64,000 nt of DNA, from positions 1 through 64,000 of the forward strand of contig NZ_JAJQXW010000003.1 of NCBI RefSeq assembly GCF_021246445.1, in the 5' to 3' direction. The DNA comes from Rhabdothermincola salaria (lineage in GTDB: Bacteria; Actinomycetota; Acidimicrobiia; Acidimicrobiales; Acidimicrobilacustridaceae). The position numbers and the translations under genes are program-made. Shown here in pieces: positions 11,652 to 23,388 of the stretch (position 1 is its first letter; each line of letters starts with the position of its first letter). A model generated the notes under the pieces. It did no database searches. It was given only the letters and a program-made list of their open reading frames with translations, and was not told the DNA's origin.

Positions 11652-12961
11652 GGTGCTTCGGGATCCTCTCGGTCCTCGAGGGGCCCTTGCGCCCACGACG
11701 AGAAGCTGCCGGTGGTGATCACCGACATGCGGGTGACGGGTCGGGAGGTGTCCCAGGCCTCGAGTCCGAAGAGCCGGATGCGGTGGGCCGACACCCACCG
11801 CAGGCCGAGGACGGCACCCACGATGCCGAGCACGAAGTAGGCGACGAGCGCCAGGTCGGTGCGCAAGGCGTCGAGGAAGATGGCCGTCGAGATCATCTCG
11901 GCGAAGGCCAACCCGGCCACCAGCCAGGCCAGGTTCCGGTCCGAGAGGCGCATCGCCAACTTGGCCCCCAACGGCCCGGCCCAGGCTGCGGCCGGGATGC
12001 CGGCCAACCAGAGGCCGGTGAGGTCGTACTGCTGAGGGGGTGCGGGCCCGGCGGTGGGAGGCGGGTCGACCACGAGTACCCCGTCGACGATGGCCACCGT
12101 CTCCCCCGACACGCTCACCACGCTGGAGCGGGAGTCGTCGAGCTCCACGAAGAGGTGACCGCCGGCGAGGCCCAAGCCCACCAGGGCGACGGCCGAGATG
12201 GTGGCCATGGTGATGACCGAGGAGGGCACACCGATCCTCGGGTCGAGGCCGAGCAGCAGCACCAGCACGGTGAAGAAGAGCACGTCGACGCCCGAACCGG
12301 TGAGCCCCGACAGGAACCCCCCGAGGAGCCCGGCCCCGATGATGAGCGCCTTGGCGCGCACGCTCAGGTTGCCCAGCGAGCGCCGCCGCTCGCGCACGGG
12401 CCGGCGGGACATGGCGAAGATGCTGACCGCCATGGCCACGATGAGCACGGTGAAGGTGACCTTCACCCAGGCCCCGGGGAGCACCGACGGCGCGAACGGC
12501 TGATCGAGCCGAGACGCGGCCACGACCGCCACGGCCAGACCGACCAGTGCGGGCACCAGCACCAGCCCGACGGCCCGCCACGCCACCGGGGCCTTGCGGA
12601 CGATGATGGCGATCGAGGCGCACCCCATGCCCACCACCTGGATGAACAGGCCCATCGAACGAGCCACCTCTGACGGCGTCTCGAGCACCTTGGTGAACAC
12701 CGGGAAGGCCACTGCGCCCCCGCCCTGGGGGGTCGAACCGGCGACGAACCCACCGAAGACCATGGTGATGGTGGCCGGCCAACGATCGAAGACCCGGGGC
12801 CAGAGGCCCAGCGCGGTGACCGCCACCGCCCACACCACGGTGATGACGGCCGGGGCCAGCAGGGCGAGGCGCTCCCGGCGACGGGCCTGCGAGGACCGGG
12901 CCCGCCGACCCTCGGCGATGGCGGCCGCGACGCTGTCGCCGGTGGGTCGTGTGGCGCTCAC
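11648..12961 (-). CDS. TauE/SafE (TSUP) family membrane transporter
   Basis: Multiple TM helices with repeated Gly-rich motifs GGFVAGSTPQGGGAVAFP and GGFLSGLTGSGVD. GTGA overlap with the upstream gene. Confidence 0.8.
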   Translation of the reverse strand: MSATRPTGDSVAAAIAEGRRARSSQARRRERLALLAPAVITVVWAVAVTALGLWPRVFDRWPATITMVFGGFVAGSTPQGGGAVAFPVFTKVLETPSEVARSMGLFIQVVGMGCASIAIIVRKAPVAWRAVGLVLVPALVGLAVAVVAASRLDQPFAPSVLPGAWVKVTFTVLIVAMAVSIFAMSRRPVRERRRSLGNLSVRAKALIIGAGLLGGFLSGLTGSGVDVLFFTVLVLLLGLDPRIGVPSSVITMATISAVALVGLGLAGGHLFVELDDSRSSVVSVSGETVAIVDGVLVVDPPPTAGPAPPQQYDLTGLWLAGIPAAAWAGPLGAKLAMRLSDRNLAWLVAGLAFAEMISTAIFLDALRTDLALVAYFVLGIVGAVLGLRWVSAHRIRLFGLEAWDTSRPVTRMSVITTGSFSSWAQGPLEDREDPEAP

Positions 12962-13398
12962 AGGATCCGTCCTCCTCGGAACCGCCAGCGCGGCACGAGG
13001 ACCCGGATCGGGCCCTGCACGAAGACCCACATCAGCAACCACAGCCCGAAGAACATGATGACGATGGCGGCGAACGGCGGCTCGTAGACGGCGATCACCA
13101 CGGCGGCCACGGGGAGGAACTCCCAGAGGCCGGCGAGGAGGAAGTACAGCGACGGGAAGTCGCGGTCCCACCGGCGCTGCTGCCATGCGTGGTAGACGAG
13201 CTCCCACACCAACCCGAAGGCCAGGGCGAGGAACCAGGCCACGAACGTCACCTCGTAGCGCTCACCGAGGGCGATGACGTCGCCGACGTCGTCGGTGGGC
13301 ATCGGCAGCACCGGGGTGACGAGCAGCGTCCACGGGATGCCGATGACGAGCATGACGAACACCCGGGTCTGCAGCCGGCCCACCAACGAAGGGATCAC
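12958..13398 (-). CDS. Small multi-TM membrane protein of unknown function
   Basis: VIPSLVGRLQTRVFVMLVIGIPW...WELVYHAWQQRRWDRDFPS...PRWRFRGGRIL, about 4 hydrophobic segments. GTGA overlaps at both ends. Confidence 0.8.
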   Translation of the reverse strand: MIPSLVGRLQTRVFVMLVIGIPWTLLVTPVLPMPTDDVGDVIALGERYEVTFVAWFLALAFGLVWELVYHAWQQRRWDRDFPSLYFLLAGLWEFLPVAAVVIAVYEPPFAAIVIMFFGLWLLMWVFVQGPIRVLVPRWRFRGGRIL

Positions 13399-14918
13399 GG
13401 GGCCACTCCTCGCATCCGGCGGATCCACTGGCTGACCGAGCGACGCGGGCCGATGCGGCGGGTGGAGCCGTCGGCGGCCACGGTGTCGACCACCCTCCAC
13501 GCGGCGAACTCGAGGCCGAAGAAGCTGTCGACCGCCGAGTAGTAGCTCCCGAGGGTCATCGACCCGGTGGCGAAGATCCGGCCGGGGGGCTGGGCGGCGG
13601 CGGACAGCTCGAAGTTGGGCTCCACCGAGAGGCGGCGCATGGGGTTGAGCTCCACTCCGCTGTGGTCCATGAGGTCCTTGAGCACCCGGTGGTCCGAGGC
13701 ATCGGCTTGGAGGCCGGTGCCGTCGATGATGAAGTCGGCCTCGATGGTCTGGCTCCGACCGTCGGCGCCCGTGAGGGTGAGCATCAAGCGGTCGTCGTGG
13801 CGGTCGACGCTCGCCACCTCGCCGACGACCTGGCGGTACGAGCCGGTGCGCAGGCAACGTTCGAGCTGGGTGACCCAGCTGTGGCGCCATGCGGTGGTGG
13901 TCCCGGCCCACGACCCGAGGATGCGGGCGCGCTCGTGAGGGTCGCCCACCGCTTCGAGCTCGTCGGCGAGCTGGCCCCCGAACGCCGACTTCGGCAGGTT
14001 GAAGGGCTGGTAGGCGAAGCCCAGGTGGGTCCGCCGACGCGGCGGCGGACCCTGTTCTGAGCCCTCGTCGGCGTAGCTGCGGAACAGGTGGATCACCTCG
14101 ACCTCCGACCGCCCCGTCTCCCGGTCGTCGAGGAGCCGCTGCAAGATCCGTGAGGCCACGATGCCCGACCCCCGGACCACCACCCGCCGCGGCCCCGACG
14201 CCAGGGCGCGGTAGACGTGCTCGTGGCGTTCGTAGGCGTTCACCACCCGGATGTGGTCGCCGGTGCGGGTGCGGTAGTCCTGCAGGTCCGGCAGGTAGCG
14301 GGCGCCGGGGTACCCGATGGCCACGTGGACGTAGCGCGAGCGGTAGGCCACCCGCTTGGTGGGGGTGGTGCGCGGAGGCGGCGTGAGCAGCGTGAAGTAC
14401 CCGCCACCGAAGCGCCGGCGAACCATCCGCACCTGCCCTCGGGCCAGCATCTGGGACCAACCGATCCGGGCCGCCTCGGCGGCCACGCCCGCGTAGACGA
14501 CCCCCGACGACGGGGTGAAGTACTCGGCGATGACCGGTTCGGTGAGGACCTGCCAGAGCCCTTTGCGGTAGCCCTGGCGGGCTTCTCGCCACGCGAAGCT
14601 CGGGAAGCCCCAGAGGTTGTCGGGCATCGCCTGGCTGTCGCTGCGCAGGCGTTCGTGACGGGGGATCTGGGAGTTGTCGGCCAGGAACTCGTAGGTCTCG
14701 TGGGGCTCTTCGTTGCCGGAGCACGCCACGATCTCGTCGACCCCCATCCCGGAGGTGCGCAACAGGTTGGCGACGAAGAACGACCCCATCCCGCCCCCGA
14801 CGGTCACCACCGTGCGGTCCACGATCGGGATGCCGGCCGCGGCCACGTCCTCGTCGCTCCACACCGAGCTCATCAACAGGTGGTCGGTGAGGTCGCCGCG
14901 GTCCGCCTCCGTCGCCAT
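13395..14918 (-). CDS. Uncharacterised FAD/NAD(P)-binding oxidoreductase (class B flavoprotein monooxygenase-like layout)
   Basis: First Rossmann VVTVGGGMGS, HVAIGYP, second Rossmann VVVRGSGIVA followed by HLFRS, and FIIDGTG. Confidence 0.75.
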   Translation of the reverse strand: MATEADRGDLTDHLLMSSVWSDEDVAAAGIPIVDRTVVTVGGGMGSFFVANLLRTSGMGVDEIVACSGNEEPHETYEFLADNSQIPRHERLRSDSQAMPDNLWGFPSFAWREARQGYRKGLWQVLTEPVIAEYFTPSSGVVYAGVAAEAARIGWSQMLARGQVRMVRRRFGGGYFTLLTPPPRTTPTKRVAYRSRYVHVAIGYPGARYLPDLQDYRTRTGDHIRVVNAYERHEHVYRALASGPRRVVVRGSGIVASRILQRLLDDRETGRSEVEVIHLFRSYADEGSEQGPPPRRRTHLGFAYQPFNLPKSAFGGQLADELEAVGDPHERARILGSWAGTTTAWRHSWVTQLERCLRTGSYRQVVGEVASVDRHDDRLMLTLTGADGRSQTIEADFIIDGTGLQADASDHRVLKDLMDHSGVELNPMRRLSVEPNFELSAAAQPPGRIFATGSMTLGSYYSAVDSFFGLEFAAWRVVDTVAADGSTRRIGPRRSVSQWIRRMRGVAP

Positions 14919-14968
14919 GTCAGGAGTGTGGCGACGGCTCCTTTCAGTCCCCTTTCAACGACCCTTCG
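14919..14968 (-). promoter_or_regulatory. SARP-type activator boxes: three heptamers at 11-bp period upstream of a putative -10 and leaderless start
   Basis: Minus strand: CGAAGGG-tcgt-TGAAAGG-ggac-TGAAAGG, 9 nt, CACACT, 6 nt, ATG(14918). Confidence 0.65.
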
Positions 14969-17900
14969 ATGCGCCCTCACCGAGCCGGGAGACCTGCTGG
15001 AGCGCCTCACGGCACCGGTCGACCCAAGGCCCGGCAAGCCAGTGCGTCGCCCACTCGAGGGCCGACTCCGCCGCCTCGGCGGCCAGGCGGTGGTGCCCGG
15101 CGGTCGCCGCGGCGAGAGCCAGCGGACGCCCGACCGGACCGAAGCACACGACGCCCGCCCCCAACACGGCCACCTCGCCCCGGTACGGCTCGAAGGCGGT
15201 CACGATCCGAGCGGCCGAGGCCGCATCGCCGAGGAGGTGCGAGGCCTCCGCGGCCAGGGCCAGCCCCACCACCCGGTACGGCATGAACCGACCGACGGTC
15301 AGCTCGGCCAGGTAGGCGTCGAGGGCCTCAGCCGCGCTGGGCTCCCCCGTCTGCGCGGCCAACAGGGCCGCCGCCCCGAGCACGGCGGGGACATGTGCGA
15401 CATCGGCCATCACCTCGACGAACGCCGAGGGCGAGGCGCCGGCGAGACCCTCGCCGAGGGGTCGACCGCAGGCGAGTGCCACGGCGACCTGGTGGGCGAC
15501 CTGGACCAGCGGCGCATCGGCCAACGCATACCGGGCCCCGTACCCGGCGGCCTCCTCCATGGAGGCCACCGAGACGTCCACCTGCCCGGCGGCGAGCGCC
15601 ACCGCGCTGCGTTGGGCCCACAGGAACCAACGGCCGCGCGGCGTCCCCAGCCGCTGGACCTGCCCCTCGAGCCGGGCCAGTTGGCGGCGAGCGAGCGAGA
15701 GGTCGCCACGGCGCAGCGCCACCCCCACCTGCAGCTGCAGCGGAGCGGGCGAGCGCTCGGGCCCGTCGACCGCACCGAGCGCGCTGGCCGGACTCCACGC
15801 CTGCTCCGGTGGTGGCGGCACCTCTCCCACCGGGAGCGACCAGCCGGCCCAGGCTCGTGCCAGCGCCACTTCGTTCGGCCCGAAGGGGCCGGTCGGTGAG
15901 CCGGCCCGCTCGAGGCGCTCGACCAACACCGTCGGGATCTCCCGACCGGCCGAGAAGAGCTCGGCGACGAGCGCGGCGATCACCGCCTGGGTCTCGGTGG
16001 ACGCGCCCAGCTCCTCGAGCCGGTCGGCGGCTCGGCCCAGCCGATCGAGGGCCGCCGAGGTGTCCGGTCGGCGGCCCAGGACCTCGGTGCCGATGGCGGC
16101 CGCCGCGATCAGGTCGGCCCGCCGGGTGCCGAGGGCCGCCAGGAACGCCCGCTGGTGGGCGGCCTCGGCTTCGTCGCGTCGCCCCAGGGCCTCGAGGTGG
16201 TCGCCGAGGACGAGGTCCACCTCGGCGCGGAGCTCCGCGGCGGCATCCGGAACCGGTTCCAGTGCCGTTCGGGCGCTGCGGGCGACCGCCAGGCCGACGC
16301 CCGGCGCGACCTCGGGCGGGGCGGACCTCAACGCCCGCAGCGCACCGGCCACGGCACCGACGGCGTCCACCAACGGCACCGCCTCACAACGCTGCCGGGC
16401 CGCCACCAACGGATGGCACGACTCGAGCGCGTCGGCGGCCCGCAGGTGCAGCAAGCGCCGATCCAGCGGGTCCACGCACGACAACATCGCCTCTCGGTAG
16501 AGCGGGTGCGGCGCCCGGACCCACCCGTCGGGCTCGATCGCCGTCAGATCACGATGGTCGAGGTCCTTCAGGTCGGCGACCGTCTCGTCGCTCGGCGAAC
16601 CGGTGATCGCCGCCACGTCGCCGGGGGCCACGCGATCGGCATCGAGCACCACGATCGCCAGCAGGGTCTGGCGCACCGAAGGGGCGAGGTCCGCCATCCG
16701 CGCCGCGGCGAGGTCGGCGAGCGCCAGGGGGATCTGCGAGGAGTTCCTCTCGGCCGCCGGCAGCCCCTCGATGTGGGCCGCCACCGCCGAGGCGGCCATG
16801 GCGTTGCCCGCCGTCGCCGCCCACACCTCGGCGACCAGCCGCTCGTAGCTCTCGGCGTCGAGCCCCCGCCCGGTCTCGACGAGCAACGACCGCAGCTCGC
16901 TCGGCTCGAGCGGCGGCAGCTCGAACGCGACCGTGCCCCGTCCCTGCGATGCCCACTCGGCCAGCCGGGACCAGGCCGACCCGGCGGGCGCGGGGCGGCC
17001 CGCCAGCAGCACCGGCACGCCCCGTTCGCCGAGCGCGCGGACGAGGGTCACGACGTCGTCGACCCGGGTGGCGGCGAGGGCGTGGAGATCGTCGAGCACG
17101 ACCACCGCGGACGCCGGTCCCGCCTCGGCACCGTCGGCGCTGGCCAGCTGGTCCAGCTCCTCGGCCAGGGCCCGCAGGTCGGTGGACTGCCCTGCGCCGC
17201 CGTCGAAGCCGAGGTAGCGGACCTGACGGCCACGCCCGCGCCAGGCGCGGGCCCACGCCGCGGCCGTGGCCGTCTTGCCTCGACCTGTCTCTCCGTGCAC
17301 CAGCGTGAGCTGTGGGGCCCGAGGTCGGCGAGCGCTGTGCACGACCTCGGAGTGGACCCGCCCCACGAGCGGTCGACCACCGACGCGCTCCAACGGGCTC
17401 GGCCAGGTGACCGGCGCCACCGGTTCGACCTGTGCCGCTGGAGGCTCCGGGGCCGGGGCGGCCGATACCGCCGGTCCGTCGAGCCCGTGGCGCAGCCGAA
17501 CCCGTCTGGCCACGTCGGCGCGCCCGGACAGGTGCAAGAGCTCGACCCGCCGGCGCAGCAGGGCGTCGTCGTCGGGTGCCCAAGCCAGCGCGGCGTCGGC
17601 CACGGCGAGGGCGTCGGCCACCTGGCCTCGGTCACCGAGGGCCTCAAGGACGGAGAGCGTGGCCTCCATCCGGAGGTCTCGGAGCCGTCGCTCCTCGAAC
17701 TCGAGCGACGCCACCGACGCGGCCCCACCGAACAGCGGACCCGACCACTCGTCGAGCGCGTCCCGCAATCGCTCCACGCCGACGACCCCGGTGCGGCTCT
17801 CCGCCACGGCCGCCGAGAACCGCAGCGCATCGACCTGTGCCCGATCGATGTCCAGGCGGTACCCACGGGCGCCGGTGACCACCACGTCGCGGTGGGGGCC

Positions 17901-18116
17901 GAGCGCCTGGCGCAGGCGGGAGACGCACACCTGCAGCGCCGCCGGTGGTCGGGCCGCATCGGGGCCGAACAACTCCACCACCAGCTCGCCGCTGTCGACG
18001 TCCTCCCCCGCCCGCAGCGCCAGCAGGGCCAACAGCGTGCACTGTCGGGGACCGGGGACGGTCCGCCAGACCCCCTCCGCCCGGACTCCGATGTCGCCCA
18101 GCACCCGCACGTCCAC
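14955..18116 (-). CDS. AfsR/SARP-family transcriptional regulator (wHTH + BTAD + P-loop ATPase + helical repeats)
   Basis: VRVLGDIGV...LLALLAL...LQVCVSRLRQALG...GYRL...VDALRF; Walker A GETGRGKT; Walker B VVVLDDLH; GNAM. TAGCGT lies 7 nt before the GTG start. Confidence 0.9.
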   Translation of the reverse strand: MDVRVLGDIGVRAEGVWRTVPGPRQCTLLALLALRAGEDVDSGELVVELFGPDAARPPAALQVCVSRLRQALGPHRDVVVTGARGYRLDIDRAQVDALRFSAAVAESRTGVVGVERLRDALDEWSGPLFGGAASVASLEFEERRLRDLRMEATLSVLEALGDRGQVADALAVADAALAWAPDDDALLRRRVELLHLSGRADVARRVRLRHGLDGPAVSAAPAPEPPAAQVEPVAPVTWPSPLERVGGRPLVGRVHSEVVHSARRPRAPQLTLVHGETGRGKTATAAAWARAWRGRGRQVRYLGFDGGAGQSTDLRALAEELDQLASADGAEAGPASAVVVLDDLHALAATRVDDVVTLVRALGERGVPVLLAGRPAPAGSAWSRLAEWASQGRGTVAFELPPLEPSELRSLLVETGRGLDAESYERLVAEVWAATAGNAMAASAVAAHIEGLPAAERNSSQIPLALADLAAARMADLAPSVRQTLLAIVVLDADRVAPGDVAAITGSPSDETVADLKDLDHRDLTAIEPDGWVRAPHPLYREAMLSCVDPLDRRLLHLRAADALESCHPLVAARQRCEAVPLVDAVGAVAGALRALRSAPPEVAPGVGLAVARSARTALEPVPDAAAELRAEVDLVLGDHLEALGRRDEAEAAHQRAFLAALGTRRADLIAAAAIGTEVLGRRPDTSAALDRLGRAADRLEELGASTETQAVIAALVAELFSAGREIPTVLVERLERAGSPTGPFGPNEVALARAWAGWSLPVGEVPPPPEQAWSPASALGAVDGPERSPAPLQLQVGVALRRGDLSLARRQLARLEGQVQRLGTPRGRWFLWAQRSAVALAAGQVDVSVASMEEAAGYGARYALADAPLVQVAHQVAVALACGRPLGEGLAGASPSAFVEVMADVAHVPAVLGAAALLAAQTGEPSAAEALDAYLAELTVGRFMPYRVVGLALAAEASHLLGDAASAARIVTAFEPYRGEVAVLGAGVVCFGPVGRPLALAAATAGHHRLAAEAAESALEWATHWLAGPWVDRCREALQQVSRLGEGASKGR

Positions 18117-18170
18117 GGCCGGTACGCTAGGGGCTGCAGGACCTCAGTGATCGGCGATGGCGCAGCCTCG

Positions 18171-18977
18171 TCAGCCGATCTCCCAGCGGGCGGGCCAGTC
18201 GTCGGCGCGCAGCAGGGCGTCGGTGCCGCCGTCGCAGAAGATGATCGACCCGCAGAAGAAGGTCGACTCGGTGCCCACGAGGAACGCCAGCAGGCCGGCG
18301 ATCTCGGCCGGGTCGCCGGCTCGACCCAAGGCGATGGTCTGCTTGAACATCTCGAGCTGCTTGGCCAGGTTCTCGTCGCTGTTGCCCTCGTCGATCATGG
18401 GCGTGGCGATCATGCCCGGAGCGATGGCGTTGAGCCGGATGCCCGTCCCGCCCCACTCGGGGGTCACGGCCGTGGCCCGCACCCAGCGGGCCACGGCCAG
18501 CTTGGTGGCGGCGTACTCGATCATCGACTCGCCGGCGACCTCGTCGGCCACGCGCCGGGCCTCGGCCTCGTCGCCGGCCAGGCAGGCCTCGGTGAGCTCG
18601 AGGCTGTACCCGGGAGCGGTGGTGGTGGAGTTGGACGAGATGGCCACCGCCGAGGGACGGTCGCCCTTGGCCAGGAGGGGCCGCAGGCCCTCCAGGAGCA
18701 CTACGGTTCCGAAGTAGTTGACCGACGCCAGCAGCGACGAGGGCCGGCCCGGGAAGCCCGAGATGCCGGCGCACGTGATCAGCCCGTCGAGGGCGCCTCC
18801 GCTGGCCTCGGCGACGGCGTCGATGGCCGACCGGCGGCCGTCGGGGGTGCCGAGATCGGCTTCGATCTCCGCCCCGCGCAGGTCGACCCCGATGACCCGG
18901 TGGCCATCGCGGCTGAGCCGATCCGCGGTCGCTGCGCCGATACCCGATCCGGCTCCGGTGATGGCGACGGTGCGCAT
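18171..18977 (-). CDS. SDR oxidoreductase (3-alpha-hydroxysteroid dehydrogenase-like)
   Basis: TGAGSGIG, SVNYFG, ISSNS, YAATK, CDGGTDA. Confidence 0.9.
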   Translation of the reverse strand: MRTVAITGAGSGIGAATADRLSRDGHRVIGVDLRGAEIEADLGTPDGRRSAIDAVAEASGGALDGLITCAGISGFPGRPSSLLASVNYFGTVVLLEGLRPLLAKGDRPSAVAISSNSTTTAPGYSLELTEACLAGDEAEARRVADEVAGESMIEYAATKLAVARWVRATAVTPEWGGTGIRLNAIAPGMIATPMIDEGNSDENLAKQLEMFKQTIALGRAGDPAEIAGLLAFLVGTESTFFCGSIIFCDGGTDALLRADDWPARWEIG

Positions 18978-18978
18978 G

Positions 18979-19365
18979 TCAGCCCCGGTCCTCGATGGCT
19001 TCGATGAGGCGGTCGGTGTTGGCCTGGCCTTCGTAGAGCTGGCGCAGCAGCCACATGCGCAGGAAGTTGGCGAAGGCGTAGCGCACGAACAGGCCGAGGC
19101 CGAGCACGCTGACCGTGACGAAGGTGAGCGCCATGACGATGCTCTCCTGTTGGTCCTCGATGAGGGTCTGGTTGGTGGTCGACACGTAGGCGAAGAACGC
19201 CCCGATGACTCCCACGATCATGAGCACGAGACCGATGGCGCCGAGCATCTTCTCGCGGCCGGCGTTGCCGGCCTTGAGGTTCATGTCGGAGACGTCGTTC
19301 TTGAACTGCTCGACGCGCGGCGAGCCGCCCGAAGCAGGGGTGGTGGACGAGGTGGTGGATTCCAT
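18979..19365 (-). CDS. Small two-TM membrane protein at the end of the ABC operon
   Basis: Two hydrophobic helices and FLRMWLLRQLYE. An alternative start, GTG 19383, overlaps the ATPase stop. Confidence 0.8.
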   Translation of the reverse strand: MESTTSSTTPASGGSPRVEQFKNDVSDMNLKAGNAGREKMLGAIGLVLMIVGVIGAFFAYVSTTNQTLIEDQQESIVMALTFVTVSVLGLGLFVRYAFANFLRMWLLRQLYEGQANTDRLIEAIEDRG

Positions 19366-19379
19366 GGCGTTCGGTGACC

Positions 19380-20849
<1,470 letters not shown>

Positions 20850-20863
<14 letters not shown>

Positions 20864-23135
20864 GGACGGTCTCTCCTTCGTGGACGTGCGTGCCGACGGG
20901 CACCGGCACGGAGTCGAGCGCCAGCACGTGGTCCATCTGCTGGCGGTCGTCGTCGGTGAAGGGGACGTCGAGGCCGATCAGCTCGGGTGGTGTGGGCTGG
21001 GGCAGGTCGTACTTGCGCACGGCGAAGGCCTTCACGATCGCCCCCCCGATGGGTGGCACCAACAGCAGGTTCAGCGCGGTGAAGATCGTGAACCACCAGC
21101 CGTTGTAGACGTCCTGCCACCAGAGGCCCCACACGAGGGCCTGCAGGGCGATGACGGAGAGCATCAGCACCTTGGACCGCTTGATCTCGTTGAGCCCCTC
21201 GGCGATGTCGGTGATGGCCCCGCTGGGGTTCTTGCCCATGGTCACGCCGATGGTGGCGGGGAGCACGGTGACCGCGCTGACGAGGAAGCCGAAGATGGGT
21301 TGCAGCGTCCGGTAGTCCGAGCCCAGCTTCTCGAGGCTGTTCTGCATCGACAGGAAGGCAGCACCGTTGAGCAGGCCGCTGAACAGCGCGGCGGACACAT
21401 AGCCGATGCCGCCCACCACGGTGAGCAGCAGCAGGGCGAGGCTCAAGAAGATGTCGAAGCGGTCGAGGTTGACCGAACCGAGCTGGGCCGACATGAGCGC
21501 CCCGCCGATGCCGGCGATGGCGGCCGACATCATGAACACGCTGAGCTTGAGGCGCACGACGCTCATGCCCAGGGTGGCGCAGGCGGCGGGGCTGTCCTTC
21601 ATGGCCGAGAGGCGACGCCCGTACCCGCTCTTGCGCAGGGCGATGAGCCCGACGCCGAGGAGGGCGAACAACACGGTGACCAACATGAGGAAGGCACCGT
21701 TGTCGTTGAAGTCGAGGCCGAAGAACTCCGGGCGGGGGATGGTGAGCGAGCCTCCCTGGAAGATGGAGAACTCGACGCCGAAGAGCTCGCGCTGGCCGAT
21801 CTCGGTGAGCACCATGCGGCTGACGAACACGCCGAAGGCCATGGTGGCCAGGGCGAGATAGAGGCCCCGCAGCCGCAGCGCGGGCAGGGCGACGATCGCG
21901 CCGACGACGGCGCACACGACGCCCGCCAGCACGAAGCCCCAGAGGGTGGTCCGCCCGGTGGGCCCGGTGCCTCCCGAGATGCCGTAGTGGAACACGATGA
22001 TCGTGCCGATGGCACCAAAGGAGAGCGCCGCCAGGTTGATCTCGCCGGCGTAGCCGGTGAGCAGCACCAGCGACAGCGCCACCAGGGCGAAGGTCATGCC
22101 GAAGGCCACGGTGTTGACCGCGGTCTGCGCCATCACCGCCTGCATGGCGAACACCACGCCCACCAGCACGAGGCCACCGATCCAGGCGGTGCGCAGGCTG
22201 GGCATGATGAAGCGCTCGCGGGTGCGCAGCACGGTGGCGCCTCGGAGCCGGTCCTGGGGCAGCAGCAGCAAGATGATGAACAGCAGGATCATCGGGATCG
22301 AGGACCGGAAGGCCCCGGTCCAGGTCCACTGGGCGGCCGGGAAGTAAGCGATCACGTAGTTGCCGAGCAGGCCGAGGATGATGGCGCCCACGAACGTGCG
22401 GGGCAGGCTGCGCAGGCGGCCGAACATGGCGGCGGCGAAGGCGTCGATGACCAACAGGGTGAGGGCGTTGGCGCTCATGGCCGAGCCCTGGATGGGGGTG
22501 ATGAGGATGCCGGCCAGGGCGGCGAGGAACGCACCGCCCGCCCAGGAGATGGTGGCCAGGCGCTCGGGACGCCCACCGTTGAGTTGGAGCAGGTCCGGGT
22601 CGTCGACCACGGCGCGCATGGCCACACCCGAGCGGGTGGAGTGGAACAGGAAGCGGATGCCGAACGCGATCGCCACGGCGAGCAGCAGGGCGATGATCTC
22701 GTGCCATGTGACGTTGACGCCGAAGATGCTGACCTGGGCGTTCTGGCCGAAGAACTTCTGGAACAGGCGCGGGGTGCGCGGCGTGGGGTTCCAGATCCAG
22801 GTGGCCAGGGCCAGGAAGCCGAGCATGACACCGACCGGCACGATGATCTTGGTGACCTCCGAGGTTCCTCGGAGGTTCTTCATCACCGCCTGGTAGAGCA
22901 ACGCGCCGACGGCGGGGGCGAGGATGCCGAGCACGGCGATCAACGCCAGCGGGGCGGGCCACCCCCAGCCCCAGCGCACCTGCCAGTAGCTGAAGGCGCC
23001 CAGCATGGCGATGGCGCCGTGGGCGAAGTTGAAGATGCCCGAGGTGGTGTAGGTGACCACCAGGCCCGACGCGGCGATGCCGTACACGCCACCGATGACC
23101 AGGCCCAGGATGGTGTACTGCAGGAACTCCTGCAC
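20850..23135 (-). CDS. Fused LivH/LivM-type ABC permease
   Basis: TSGIFNFAHGA, GVAMRAV, TGYAGEINLA, LRLRGLYLALATMAF; many TM helices. Confidence 0.9.
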
Positions 23136-23315
23136 CAACGCCCCCTTCTCTACTTCGAGCAGCGCCCGGCACGGAGCTGGACGGGAGACTCCCACACGAG
23201 GCGGGGTCGACGACGGGTGGAACGACGAGCGGCCCCAGCCCCGAGGCGACGGAACTGGGCCAGCGACCTCAGCCTCTCAGTGGCGCGGGTCTCAGCGGCG
23301 CACTGTACCCGGCGG

Positions 23316-23333
23316 TACTTGCGCCAAACAAGT
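23316..23333. promoter_or_regulatory. Palindromic operator candidate ACTTG-N7-CAAGT upstream of the ABC operon
   Basis: tACTTGcgccaaaCAAGT. A minus-strand -10 TACAGT lies at 23303-23308. Same core as the boxes at 44131 and 45298. Confidence 0.45.
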
Positions 23334-23388
23334 TCACCGAGTTCATTGACGCGGTGAACGACGCGGTGAGCTCGGGCCCCCCCATCGG

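Noticed and set aside
10845..12833. ORF-track N-terminal extensions (for example 662-aa kinase, 634-aa 12958..14862, 684-aa ACAD, 742-aa hydrolase) as fusion proteins
   Set aside because: The extensions overlap real upstream genes in another frame and translate as Arg/Gly/Pro-rich noise. The true starts coincide with stop/start overlaps.
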